Origin: Paracoccaceae bacterium
GTDB lineage: Bacteria; Pseudomonadota; Alphaproteobacteria; Rhodobacterales; Rhodobacteraceae
Direction: 5' to 3'
DNA length: 64,000 nucleotides
NCBI GenBank assembly: GCA_029246285.1
Contig: JAQWNW010000007.1
Coordinates: 61,327-125,326, forward strand
The number at the start of each line of letters is the position of its first letter. Positions within the stretch are counted from its first letter, which is position 1. The notes under the pieces are model-generated. The model saw nothing but the letters and a program-made list of their open reading frames with translations. It made no database searches and was not told the origin of the DNA. The position numbers and the translations under genes were made by a program. Shown here in pieces: positions 56,049 through 64,000 of the stretch.

Positions 56049-56420
56049 ATGCCTACAATCATTACAATTTGCGAAACTTGTAAACGGGAAGGGTGGGCTG
56101 ACAGGAAAGTCTCAGAAACTGACGGTTTAAAATTTGCGAAAATGATTGAGCAAATTCCCACTAATAATGGAATAGTTTCAACTAGAAGACATTCTTGCTT
56201 AATGGGATGTAAGAATGGTTGTAATGTCATCATTCAAGATAATGATAAACTAAGTTACGCTTTAGGTAATTTTACTCCAGATGTAGAATCAGCTACCGCT
56301 TTGGTTAATTACGCGAAATTACATGCGGAAAGTTCAAATGGGCAAGTACCTTATAAAAGTTGGCCAGATAAAATAAAAGGGCATTTTGTTGCTCGCATTC
56401 CCCCTTTAAGAAAAGATTAA
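56049..56420 (+). CDS. DUF1636-family predicted metal-binding protein
   Basis: 123 aa. ITICETCKREGW N-terminus plus CLMGCKNGCNV, immediately upstream of cobC-cobD. Confidence 0.7.
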   Translation: MPTIITICETCKREGWADRKVSETDGLKFAKMIEQIPTNNGIVSTRRHSCLMGCKNGCNVIIQDNDKLSYALGNFTPDVESATALVNYAKLHAESSNGQVPYKSWPDKIKGHFVARIPPLRKD

Positions 56421-57383
56421 ATGATACGTAAAACACTAGAACATGGTGGAAATTTAGATCATCACGTAGATATTTTTGGAGGAGAGAAATCTAATTGGAT
56501 TGACCTTTCCACGGGTATAAACAATTCTCCATACCCGATTCCAAAAATTCCAAAATGGGTATGGAGGTCTCTACCTGACAAAACATTGATAGAAAGTTTT
56601 GAAAGTGTAGCGCGGGATTTTTGGAAGATTCCAAAAAATGCTGATATTATTTCAGCGAGCGGAACATCATCAATTATTAGCCTTCTACCCAGTATTTTTA
56701 ATAAGGGTAATGTGGACATATATCACCCAAGTTATAATGAATATGAAGCGGCCTTTTTAAGAAATGGATGGCAAATTTCAAATACTGACCTGAGAGCTCG
56801 AATATTGGTTAATCCGAACAATCCAGATGGAAAATATTGGAGTTCAAAAGATATCCTTCCTAATGATCAAATTACAATTATTGATGAAAGTTTCTGTGAT
56901 TTAACGCCCGATAGATCTTTAATAAGATTTTCTAATCAGCCTGGTGTGATAATATTAAAGAGCTTTGGGAAGTTTTGGGGATTAGCTGGCTTACGTTTAG
57001 GTTGTGCTATAGCTTCCCCAAAAACTTTACAAAACTTACGAAGTGCTTTGGGGCCTTGGCCAGCATCTGGACCTGCACTTTTTATTGGAAGAGCCGCATT
57101 AGAAAATAAAAGATGGGCTGAAAATAATATTAAAAACTTAGATCATCATGCTACTAAATTTGACAATATATTGGCTAAAAATGATATCGAAATAATAGGG
57201 GGAACCTCTCTTTTTAGATTGATTAAAACTCCAAATGCCAAAAAATTAAAAACACACTTTGCCAACAATCATATCCTAATAAGGACATTTTCTTATTCTA
57301 ATAAAATAGCAAGAATTGGAATTCCTAATAGCAATCATCACCAAATTCAGATAAAAACTATCCTAAGTGAATTTAAACAATGA
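56421..57383 (+). CDS. cobC: L-threonine-O-3-phosphate decarboxylase (CobC of Pseudomonas naming / CobD of Salmonella naming)
   Basis: 320 aa class I/II aminotransferase fold. HGGNL N-terminus, NPNNPDG, SFGKFWGLAGLRLG (PLP Lys). Confidence 0.85.
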   Translation: MIRKTLEHGGNLDHHVDIFGGEKSNWIDLSTGINNSPYPIPKIPKWVWRSLPDKTLIESFESVARDFWKIPKNADIISASGTSSIISLLPSIFNKGNVDIYHPSYNEYEAAFLRNGWQISNTDLRARILVNPNNPDGKYWSSKDILPNDQITIIDESFCDLTPDRSLIRFSNQPGVIILKSFGKFWGLAGLRLGCAIASPKTLQNLRSALGPWPASGPALFIGRAALENKRWAENNIKNLDHHATKFDNILAKNDIEIIGGTSLFRLIKTPNAKKLKTHFANNHILIRTFSYSNKIARIGIPNSNHHQIQIKTILSEFKQ

Positions 57384-58303
57384 CTTTATCCTGTATTTTG
57401 TTAGCGTTAATTCTTGATGCCTTTTTTGGTGAACCAAATTGGCTTTGGTCAAAATTGCAACATCCAGCAGTAACTTTTGGAAAAATCATTAAATGGGGTG
57501 AAAAAAAATATAACAATGGAATTAATCGTAAAGGCAAAGGCGTTATATTTTTGAGTGTTGTAGTAATATTTTTAGCAACACTTGGGTTTGCTATTGAACA
57601 GCTACCCTTTTCGGCCATATGGAAAATACTAATTGTTGCAATATTATTGTCTCATAAGAGTTTAATAGAACATGTGAGCGCGGTAAGCCTAGGGTTACAA
57701 AAAGACATCGATCATGGAAGAAAAGCAGTCGCAATGATTGTTGGTCGTGATACAGAAAAACTGAATGAATCAAATGTTGCACGCAGCGCTATCGAGAGCG
57801 CTGCTGAAAATTTTTCAGATGGTATTATTGCTCCTTTATTCTGGTTCTTTATTGGCGGGTTACCAGGAATTATCGTTTATAAATTCGTAAATACTGCTGA
57901 TAGCATGATTGGATATAAACATCCACAACTTGAACAATTTGGATGGGCTTCTGCTAAATTGGATGATATTTTAAATTGGATACCTGCAAGGTTAAGTGGC
58001 TTATTAATATGTATAGTTTATCAAAATAATTCAGCCTTTCAAACTATGCGACGAGATGCAAAGCTACATCGATCTCCAAATGCTGGATGGCCTGAAGCCG
58101 CCATGGCAGGCGTGTTAGATATAGCCATCTCCGGACCAAGATCATATGATGGCAAAGAGAAACTCTATCCATTTGTTAATCCCGATGGAAAAAAGAAATT
58201 AACAGCTATCGATGTCGATAACGCTGTAGATGTGCTATGGCGTTCATGGGGCGGATTGGTCTTAGGTTGTGGGGTAGCATTATTTTTTTCAACAATAGTC
58301 TGA
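57380..58303 (+). CDS. cobD: Adenosylcobinamide-phosphate synthase (CbiB/CobD)
   Basis: 307 aa membrane protein. LILDAFFGEPNWLWSKLQHPAVTFGK, NTADSMIGYK. ATGA overlap with cobC. Confidence 0.9.
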   Translation: MTLSCILLALILDAFFGEPNWLWSKLQHPAVTFGKIIKWGEKKYNNGINRKGKGVIFLSVVVIFLATLGFAIEQLPFSAIWKILIVAILLSHKSLIEHVSAVSLGLQKDIDHGRKAVAMIVGRDTEKLNESNVARSAIESAAENFSDGIIAPLFWFFIGGLPGIIVYKFVNTADSMIGYKHPQLEQFGWASAKLDDILNWIPARLSGLLICIVYQNNSAFQTMRRDAKLHRSPNAGWPEAAMAGVLDIAISGPRSYDGKEKLYPFVNPDGKKKLTAIDVDNAVDVLWRSWGGLVLGCGVALFFSTIV

Positions 58304-58305
58304 AA

Positions 58306-59445
58306 TCAATCTACTATTGATGATAAAATTTCATTGGTATTTTCACCCAGCTTTGGTGATGTTTTAGAGATTTTCATCTCACTATCCGAAAACCTGAAAG
58401 GTGATAAAATTGTTGGTATATTATCAATTTCTTTTGAAAGCCCACGATAAACAACCTGGGGGTCATCAAAAACTTCGGACATATCATTTATCGGACCCGC
58501 TGGAATTCCTTGTTTTTCACAAGCTTCAAGTAAATCTTTCTTCAGAAACTTTATAGTTTGACAACTTAATTTTTCAATAAGTAGAGTTCGATTTCTTAGT
58601 CTATCCGCATTCGTCAAGAATAATTCGTTCATCGCAATTTCTTCCAAATTCAAAATTGCACACAAACGCTGATATTGCGCATCATTTCCCGTTGCGATTA
58701 TTATATGCCCATCTTTACAATCGAAAACTTGATAAGGGGCAAGGTTCTGATGCCCATTTCCAATCCTATGCGGCACCTTTCCCGTAGTTAAAAAATTCAT
58801 CCCCTGATTTGCCGTTACGGCTGTTGCTACATCCAATAAAGCCATATCAATATGCTGACCTTTTCCAGACTTGTCCCGCTGAATAATTGCACTTAATATA
58901 GCCGTCACACTATACAATCCAGTTAAGATATCTGTTACAGCCACTCCCATTTTTTGAGGCTGCCCACTTGGCTCTCCAGTTATTGACATTAAACCTGACA
59001 TTCCTTGAATTATATAGTCATAACCTGCTCGATGTGCATAAGGTCCTGTTTGTCCAAAACCTGTGATTGAACAATATATTAATTTTGGGTTAATTTTGAT
59101 CAGACTGGCAAAATCTAATCCATATTTACGCAAACCATCAACTTTAAAATTTTCAATTAATATATCTGCTTTCAAAACCAGTTTCTTTATAATGTCCTGA
59201 CCTTCTTTAGTTTTAAAATCTACACAAATTGATTTTTTTCCTCTGTTACAACTATGAAAATAGGACGCGGAGGTATCGTCTCCATTCTCAACAAATGGAG
59301 GCCCCCATCTACGAGTATCATCTCCCTCTATACTCTCTACTTTGACAACTTCCGCGCCCAAATCAGAAAGTGTTTGACCTGCCCATGGGCCTGCCAATAT
59401 TCGCGCTAGCTCTATTACTTTAACGCCTTCTAAGGGATGCTCCAT
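58306..59445 (-). CDS. Family III CoA-transferase (CaiB/BaiF)
   Basis: 379 aa. VKVIELARILAGPWAGQTLSDLGAEVVKVE and ENFKVDGL. Confidence 0.85.
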   Translation of the reverse strand: MEHPLEGVKVIELARILAGPWAGQTLSDLGAEVVKVESIEGDDTRRWGPPFVENGDDTSASYFHSCNRGKKSICVDFKTKEGQDIIKKLVLKADILIENFKVDGLRKYGLDFASLIKINPKLIYCSITGFGQTGPYAHRAGYDYIIQGMSGLMSITGEPSGQPQKMGVAVTDILTGLYSVTAILSAIIQRDKSGKGQHIDMALLDVATAVTANQGMNFLTTGKVPHRIGNGHQNLAPYQVFDCKDGHIIIATGNDAQYQRLCAILNLEEIAMNELFLTNADRLRNRTLLIEKLSCQTIKFLKKDLLEACEKQGIPAGPINDMSEVFDDPQVVYRGLSKEIDNIPTILSPFRFSDSEMKISKTSPKLGENTNEILSSIVD

Positions 59446-60156
59446 TTAATAACCCTTTAAATGTTCTTCTATCTTATCAACAAATTCGTCATAACTAGAT
59501 TTTTTCATTTTCTCACCATTAATTATAAATGATGGTGTAGACGAAATTTTATCTTTATCAGCATTTTTCTGATATACATTTACAAGAGCTTGAGCCATAT
59601 CACCATCGCTCAGGCATGCATCTATAGTGTCGCTATTCATACCAATTGATAAACCGATTTTTCGAAGATTATTTGCAATTTGAATATCCTCTTCTCCTTT
59701 GGTCCATTCAGCCTGCCGTCTGAAAATTTCTTCAACAATACCGTAAAATTTTTCAGAATTGTCACATCTCGCGACCATTGCTGCCCAAAGCCCATATCGG
59801 TCAAAAAAAACGTCTCGTAATATAAATTTAACCTTACCTTCATCGATATAATTTTTCTTCAACTTTTTAAATGTTCCCTCATGAAAATTTTTACAATGAG
59901 GGCATGTAAAACTTGCATATTCTATGATTGTTACAGGAGCGTTGGGATCTCCAAGAACAATATCTTCAACAATAATACTGGAAACGTTTATTAGAATTTC
60001 TGCTTCAATATTATTACTAAGTTGCAAATTATTAACCACGTTTAGATCCGCCACTGAATCACTCTTTAAATTTAAACCTGGGTTAAATTGTATAATCAGA
60101 TAACCAATCAAAACCATTATTATGCTAGTACCCAATATTATACGAATGCCGCTCAT
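59446..60156 (-). CDS. DsbA-family thiol:disulfide oxidoreductase with N-terminal membrane anchor
   Basis: 236 aa. N-terminal TM and FTCPHCKNFH (CxxC). Confidence 0.85.
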   Translation of the reverse strand: MSGIRIILGTSIIMVLIGYLIIQFNPGLNLKSDSVADLNVVNNLQLSNNIEAEILINVSSIIVEDIVLGDPNAPVTIIEYASFTCPHCKNFHEGTFKKLKKNYIDEGKVKFILRDVFFDRYGLWAAMVARCDNSEKFYGIVEEIFRRQAEWTKGEEDIQIANNLRKIGLSIGMNSDTIDACLSDGDMAQALVNVYQKNADKDKISSTPSFIINGEKMKKSSYDEFVDKIEEHLKGY

Positions 60157-60671
60157 TTTAATTCCTCTTCATTTGATGACTTTGCTAAAATATTAGCCCC
60201 TAGTGACTGTAACGCAATTTTCAAAACATCATCTTTAACTTCGGTTACTTCTTCTTTTGCCTTAATTTTGTCTAAGTCACTTGGTTTTAACTGCTTTTTT
60301 TGATCTATTAAATTTTCGTTAATTAATTCAGTTGGATCAGTTTGGGTAATTCTTACTCTGGAAATTGCATTATATCCATAAACTCCATTTACCCTATCTA
60401 TAATTTGTTTACTCTGTGCTTGAACAATTGGAGCATTTGCTCCATTTGTTAACAACACTAACCCGGCACCAATGCCGTCTCTTCCATAGTTGACTTTAAC
60501 TGGTTTAGCAATTTTAGCGATCTCATTACCAATAATATCTGCCCAATTTACTAATAATTTAGAAACAGCAAAACCTCGTGTCTCACTGGTTTTCTGTATC
60601 TGCTTTTCTAGTAAACTTGATGCGCTTCTAAATCCAGCACGTCCACGTTTAGTTATTTTTTTTGTTTTCAT
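60153..60671 (-). CDS. DUF721 (DciA-like) domain protein
   Basis: 172 aa. LLVNWADIIGNEIAKIAKPVKV fits the DUF721 pattern. ATGA overlap with the dsbA-like gene. Confidence 0.65.
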   Translation of the reverse strand: MKTKKITKRGRAGFRSASSLLEKQIQKTSETRGFAVSKLLVNWADIIGNEIAKIAKPVKVNYGRDGIGAGLVLLTNGANAPIVQAQSKQIIDRVNGVYGYNAISRVRITQTDPTELINENLIDQKKQLKPSDLDKIKAKEEVTEVKDDVLKIALQSLGANILAKSSNEEELK

Positions 60672-60743
60672 TCTACCGCATCACTTACTTATTGATTCTA
60701 TCATTAAAGAATATCACTGAAATATAAAATTCCAGAAAATTTA

Positions 60744-61031
60744 TTAATGTGAATTATTAAATATACTTTTTTGCTGTTCTGTTGCTTCTGTTTGATATTT
60801 TTGCTTCCACTCTGATGCTGGCATCCCATAAACGATCTCTTTGGATTCTTCCTTACTAATATCCATTCCTAATTCTTGTGCTGCTTCTTTATACCATCGG
60901 CTTAAACAATTTCGACAAAAGCCAGTTAAATTCATCATATCAATGTTTTGAACGTCAGTCCGATTTTGTAAATGAGTTCGCAAAGATCTAAAAACCGCCG
61001 CCTCTATTTCTATCTCTGAATTTTTATCCAT
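60744..61031 (-). CDS. DUF1244-family protein
   Basis: 95 aa. AAVFRSLRTHLQNRTDVQNIDMMNLTGFCRNCLSRWY. Confidence 0.75.
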   Translation of the reverse strand: MDKNSEIEIEAAVFRSLRTHLQNRTDVQNIDMMNLTGFCRNCLSRWYKEAAQELGMDISKEESKEIVYGMPASEWKQKYQTEATEQQKSIFNNSH

Positions 61032-61045
61032 TTGAATATGTCCTT

Positions 61046-61783
61046 TTATCGATCAATTTCCTGTTTAACACTATTTATTGCATGTGCCAACTTAGCGCCC
61101 CACATCAACTGTTCTTTTTCACTACTAATTAGATCATTTCGAACTTCAATCAACACGTGCAATCGATCAACACTTAAAGCATGGCGAAACATTGTGTCTC
61201 CAATCAGATCACCCCTATATGGCTCATTATCCCCACAAATAACATCTTGCTGATTGTTGAAATAATTTAGTAAAGGCTGTGCAAATCGTCGGTCATTAGA
61301 AGATAAAATGCCAACATGCCAAGGTCGATTAAAACCATTCTTTAACTTAGGTGTAAAACTATGAATTGATATTAAAATAGGATCATGTTGAGTGGAAACT
61401 AGTCTTTTAATTTCATTATGGTAAGGTCTGTAACAACGGTTTAATCTATTCTCTCTATCATCTCTACTTATCTTGCGATTGCCTTCAATTATTGTACCAT
61501 CATAAAGTTGCATTATTAAAGTAGGATCATCCTCTCCTCGGTTAGGATCAATTACTAATCGCGAGAAGTTTGAAAGTACTACTGGTGATTTAAGCTGTTT
61601 ACCCAATTCTTTGCTAAGGCCTGAAGCACCAATGTCATAAGCGATATGTCTGTTCAAGTTCTCTTCAGAAATTCCAAGACTACCTTCCTTTACACATTTG
61701 GGTACTAAGTTAGAAGCATGATCACATAATATTAAAAAGTCACTATTTTGATTTTGATTGAAAGTATAAAATGGCTGATACAT
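61046..61783 (-). CDS. N-formylglutamate amidohydrolase-family protein
   Basis: FLILCDHASN and SIHSFTP motifs. Start at ATG 61783 (MYQPFY) with GAGG 8 nt upstream; the track's 42-codon extension is Phe/Leu-rich junk. Confidence 0.8.
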   Translation of the reverse strand: MYQPFYTFNQNQNSDFLILCDHASNLVPKCVKEGSLGISEENLNRHIAYDIGASGLSKELGKQLKSPVVLSNFSRLVIDPNRGEDDPTLIMQLYDGTIIEGNRKISRDDRENRLNRCYRPYHNEIKRLVSTQHDPILISIHSFTPKLKNGFNRPWHVGILSSNDRRFAQPLLNYFNNQQDVICGDNEPYRGDLIGDTMFRHALSVDRLHVLIEVRNDLISSEKEQLMWGAKLAHAINSVKQEIDR

Positions 61784-61886
61784 TAATATTACCTCTAACT
61801 TAAATTTTCTTAATTTCTCTATTAATAAGAAGAAAATGTTATGATAAGCATGTATATAAAATGAACCCATTGAAAAGGTAAAGCTT

Positions 61887-63332
61887 GTGCGAAGATTGAG
61901 AAACGTCAAAATTGTAGCTACATTAGGCCCGTCTTCAAGCGATTATAATACAATTAAAGAGTTATTCAAACATGGAGCAGATGTTTTTCGACTTAATATG
62001 AGTCATGGAAGCTATGATGAAATTAAAGCAAGACATACCATAATCAGAAAAATTGAAAAGAAATACTCTAGACCAATCGCTATCCTCGCAGACTTACAAG
62101 GTCCCAAATTAAGATGTGGAATATTTAAAAATGAAAGTATTATACTAACGCAGAATGATAAATTTTCGTTTGATTTAGAAGACATACCAGGTGATCAAAA
62201 ACGAGTATATCTACCACATAAAGAAATTTTTAAAACAATCCGAAAAAATGAACCAATTCTGGTAGACGATGGAAAAGTTAAACTAAGGGTTCAATCAGTC
62301 AAAAATGGAATTATAAAGTGCTTAGTTGAAGTTGGGGGAAGTATCTCAAATAGAAAAGGAATAAATGTTCCCGAAACGCTTGTTCCAATGGCGGCTCTTT
62401 CAGATAAAGACAAAAAAGATTTAGAGTTTGTATGTGATTTAGGTGTGGATTGGTTGGCGCTGTCTTTTGTTCAGACGGCTAAAGATGTAATAGACGCAAA
62501 AAAACTTATAAAAGGTCGAACATCTGTGATCTCAAAGATCGAGAAACCATCAGCTGTAAAGGATTTTGAAGCAATACTAGCGAACTCAGATGGAATAATG
62601 ATTGCAAGAGGGGATCTGGGCGTAGAGATGCCAGTTCAATCCATCCCTCCCATACAAAAGCGACTTGTGATGGCATGTAGACAATTTGCAAAACCCGTTA
62701 TTGTGGCCACTCAAATGCTGGATAGTATGGTTGATTCTCCAATGCCTACTCGTGCCGAAGTAAGTGACGTAGCAAATGCTATTTATGAAGGTGCTGATGC
62801 GGTCATGTTATCTGCAGAAAGTGCAGCTGGGGATTTTCCAATCGAAGCGGTAAAGACAATGGATAGCATTGCCATAGAAATAGAAAATGACACAACTTAT
62901 CGAGAAATAATGGATAGCTCTCGATTTCGGCAAAAAACAACCGTTGCCGATGCAATCACAGTGGCGGCAAGAGAAATCGCAGAAACAACACCAGTGACAG
63001 CTATTTGTTGTTTTACTCATTCAGGAGCAACTGCTAAATTGGTGTCAGGTGAAAGGCCACGTGTCCCAATAATTGCCTTGACTCCCTTAATAGAAACAGC
63101 ACGATTACTTTGTTTATACTGGGGCGCACATTGTGTTATAACAGGCCACGTTGATAGATTTAAAATGGCAGTCATAAATGCAGCGCGAGCAGCAAAAAAA
63201 TATAAGTTTGCCAATATAGATGAGCAAATAATCGTAACCGCTGGCGTGCCATTCAACCAACCAGGCAGCACCAATATTATAAGAGTTTCTCCAGTAAATG
63301 AAAAACTGATTTTTGGTAGTGACGAGGAGTAA
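61887..63332 (+). CDS. pyk: Pyruvate kinase
   Basis: 481 aa. KIVATLGPSS, RLNMSHG, IISKIE, MIARGDLGVE, ATQMLDSM. GTG start. Confidence 0.95.
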   Translation: MRRLRNVKIVATLGPSSSDYNTIKELFKHGADVFRLNMSHGSYDEIKARHTIIRKIEKKYSRPIAILADLQGPKLRCGIFKNESIILTQNDKFSFDLEDIPGDQKRVYLPHKEIFKTIRKNEPILVDDGKVKLRVQSVKNGIIKCLVEVGGSISNRKGINVPETLVPMAALSDKDKKDLEFVCDLGVDWLALSFVQTAKDVIDAKKLIKGRTSVISKIEKPSAVKDFEAILANSDGIMIARGDLGVEMPVQSIPPIQKRLVMACRQFAKPVIVATQMLDSMVDSPMPTRAEVSDVANAIYEGADAVMLSAESAAGDFPIEAVKTMDSIAIEIENDTTYREIMDSSRFRQKTTVADAITVAAREIAETTPVTAICCFTHSGATAKLVSGERPRVPIIALTPLIETARLLCLYWGAHCVITGHVDRFKMAVINAARAAKKYKFANIDEQIIVTAGVPFNQPGSTNIIRVSPVNEKLIFGSDEE

Positions 63333-63341
63333 AGCCTAGAA

Positions 63342-64000
63342 TTAATCCATTTTTAGAGCAGAAATAAATGCTTCTTGAGGAATATCAACACGTCCAAATT
63401 GGCGCATTTTCTTTTTACCAGCTTTCTGCTTTTCTAAAAGTTTCTTCTTTCGCGTTACATCTCCCCCGTAGCATTTTGCGGTTACATCTTTTCGCATTGC
63501 AGATAATGTTTCTCGTGCAATAATACGACCGCCGATGGCCGCTTGAATGGGAATTTTAAACATGTGACGAGGTATTAAATCTTTCAATTTTTCACACATA
63601 GCTCTCCCCCTCGATTCTGCACGGTCTCGGTGTACCATGGTCGATAGGGCATCCACAGGCTCATCATTAACCATGATTTGCATTTTGACTAAAAAATCTT
63701 GTCTATAATTTTCAAGTTGATAATCAAAACTAGCATAACCTTTTGTTACAGATTTTAATCTATCATAGAAATCAAAAACAACTTCATTCAACGGTAAATC
63801 GTAAACAACCATTGCTCGACTGCCAGCATATGTTAGATCCAGTTGTATTCCTCTGCGATCCTGACAAAGTTTTAACACATCACCTAAATAATTATCTGGA
63901 ACTAAGATTGTAGCCTTTATTCTTGGCTCCTCAATATGATCTACATAAGTTAAGTCTGGCATATCTGCAGGATTATGCAATTTGATAACATTTTGGTCTT
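63342..64000 (-). CDS. lepA: Elongation factor 4 (LepA), C-terminal part; 5' end outside window
   Basis: [28 protein letters not shown] and the LepA-specific C-terminal domain. The frame stays open to the window edge. Confidence 0.95.
   Translation of the reverse strand, partial: DQNVIKLHNPADMPDLTYVDHIEEPRIKATILVPDNYLGDVLKLCQDRRGIQLDLTYAGSRAMVVYDLPLNEVVFDFYDRLKSVTKGYASFDYQLENYRQDFLVKMQIMVNDEPVDALSTMVHRDRAESRGRAMCEKLKDLIPRHMFKIPIQAAIGGRIIARETLSAMRKDVTAKCYGGDVTRKKKLLEKQKAGKKKMRQFGRVDIPQEAFISALKMD

Overview
AT-rich (by eye mid-30s % GC), gene-dense chromosomal segment. Gene content suggests a marine alphaproteobacterium-like, free-living heterotroph (TTT transporters, DUF1244/DUF721/DsbA block, LpxK-WaaA, N-formylglutamate amidohydrolase); this taxonomic call is inference only. 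I found no rRNA, tRNA, CRISPR array, transposase, integrase or phage genes.

Layout:
(1) 1-6100: a partial Rossmann-like ORF missing from the track, MarR, an M24 hydrolase, a PLP ammonia-lyase, and divergent hmgA-fahA (homogentisate pathway) with a clear promoter and palindromic operator.
(2) 6142-25381: a catabolic island. It holds an acyl-CoA ligase and a long minus-strand gene string: NicX-like ring-cleavage dioxygenase, ACAD-like flavoenzyme, an unusual SRPBCC/alpha-beta-hydrolase/TetR triple fusion, HAD, UPF0261, SDRs, a family III CoA-transferase/racemase, an enoate-type reductase and a His-phosphatase. Divergent from this string are a TMADH-like flavoprotein, tctCBA and an aldehyde dehydrogenase.
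(3) 26798-38597: a 12-gene plus-strand aromatic operon. It runs gentisate 1,2-dioxygenase, FAH hydrolase, PDR-type reductase, Rieske alpha/beta, CoA ligase, SCPx-type thiolase, DUF35 fused to a degenerate SDR, cyclase, SDR and P450.
(4) 38630-46359: housekeeping and accessory genes. These are lpxK-waaA, a ribH behind an FMN riboswitch, a pseudouridine synthase, an HI0933-type flavoprotein, and a DUF1611 / enolase-superfamily epimerase / D-aminotransferase (DgcN-DgcA-like) module.
(5) 46553-58303: a cobalamin locus. A tightly translationally coupled minus-strand operon carries a small His-motif membrane ORF, cbiX with an (HD)n hexanucleotide repeat, an unknown 273-aa ORF, cobH, cobL, cobI, a cbiG-cobJ fusion, an unknown 155-aa ORF and cobM. 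Its GC-richer structured leader does not look to me like a canonical B12 riboswitch. A divergent unit carries GST-Xi, DUF1636, cobC and cobD/cbiB.
(6) 58306-64000: CoA-transferase, DsbA-like, DUF721, DUF1244, FGase, pyk and partial lepA.

The most interesting items are the non-canonical parts of the cob operon, the triple-domain TetR fusion, and the ipf-like CoA-dependent aromatic module. All functional calls come from motifs recognised by eye in the supplied translations; no database search was run.
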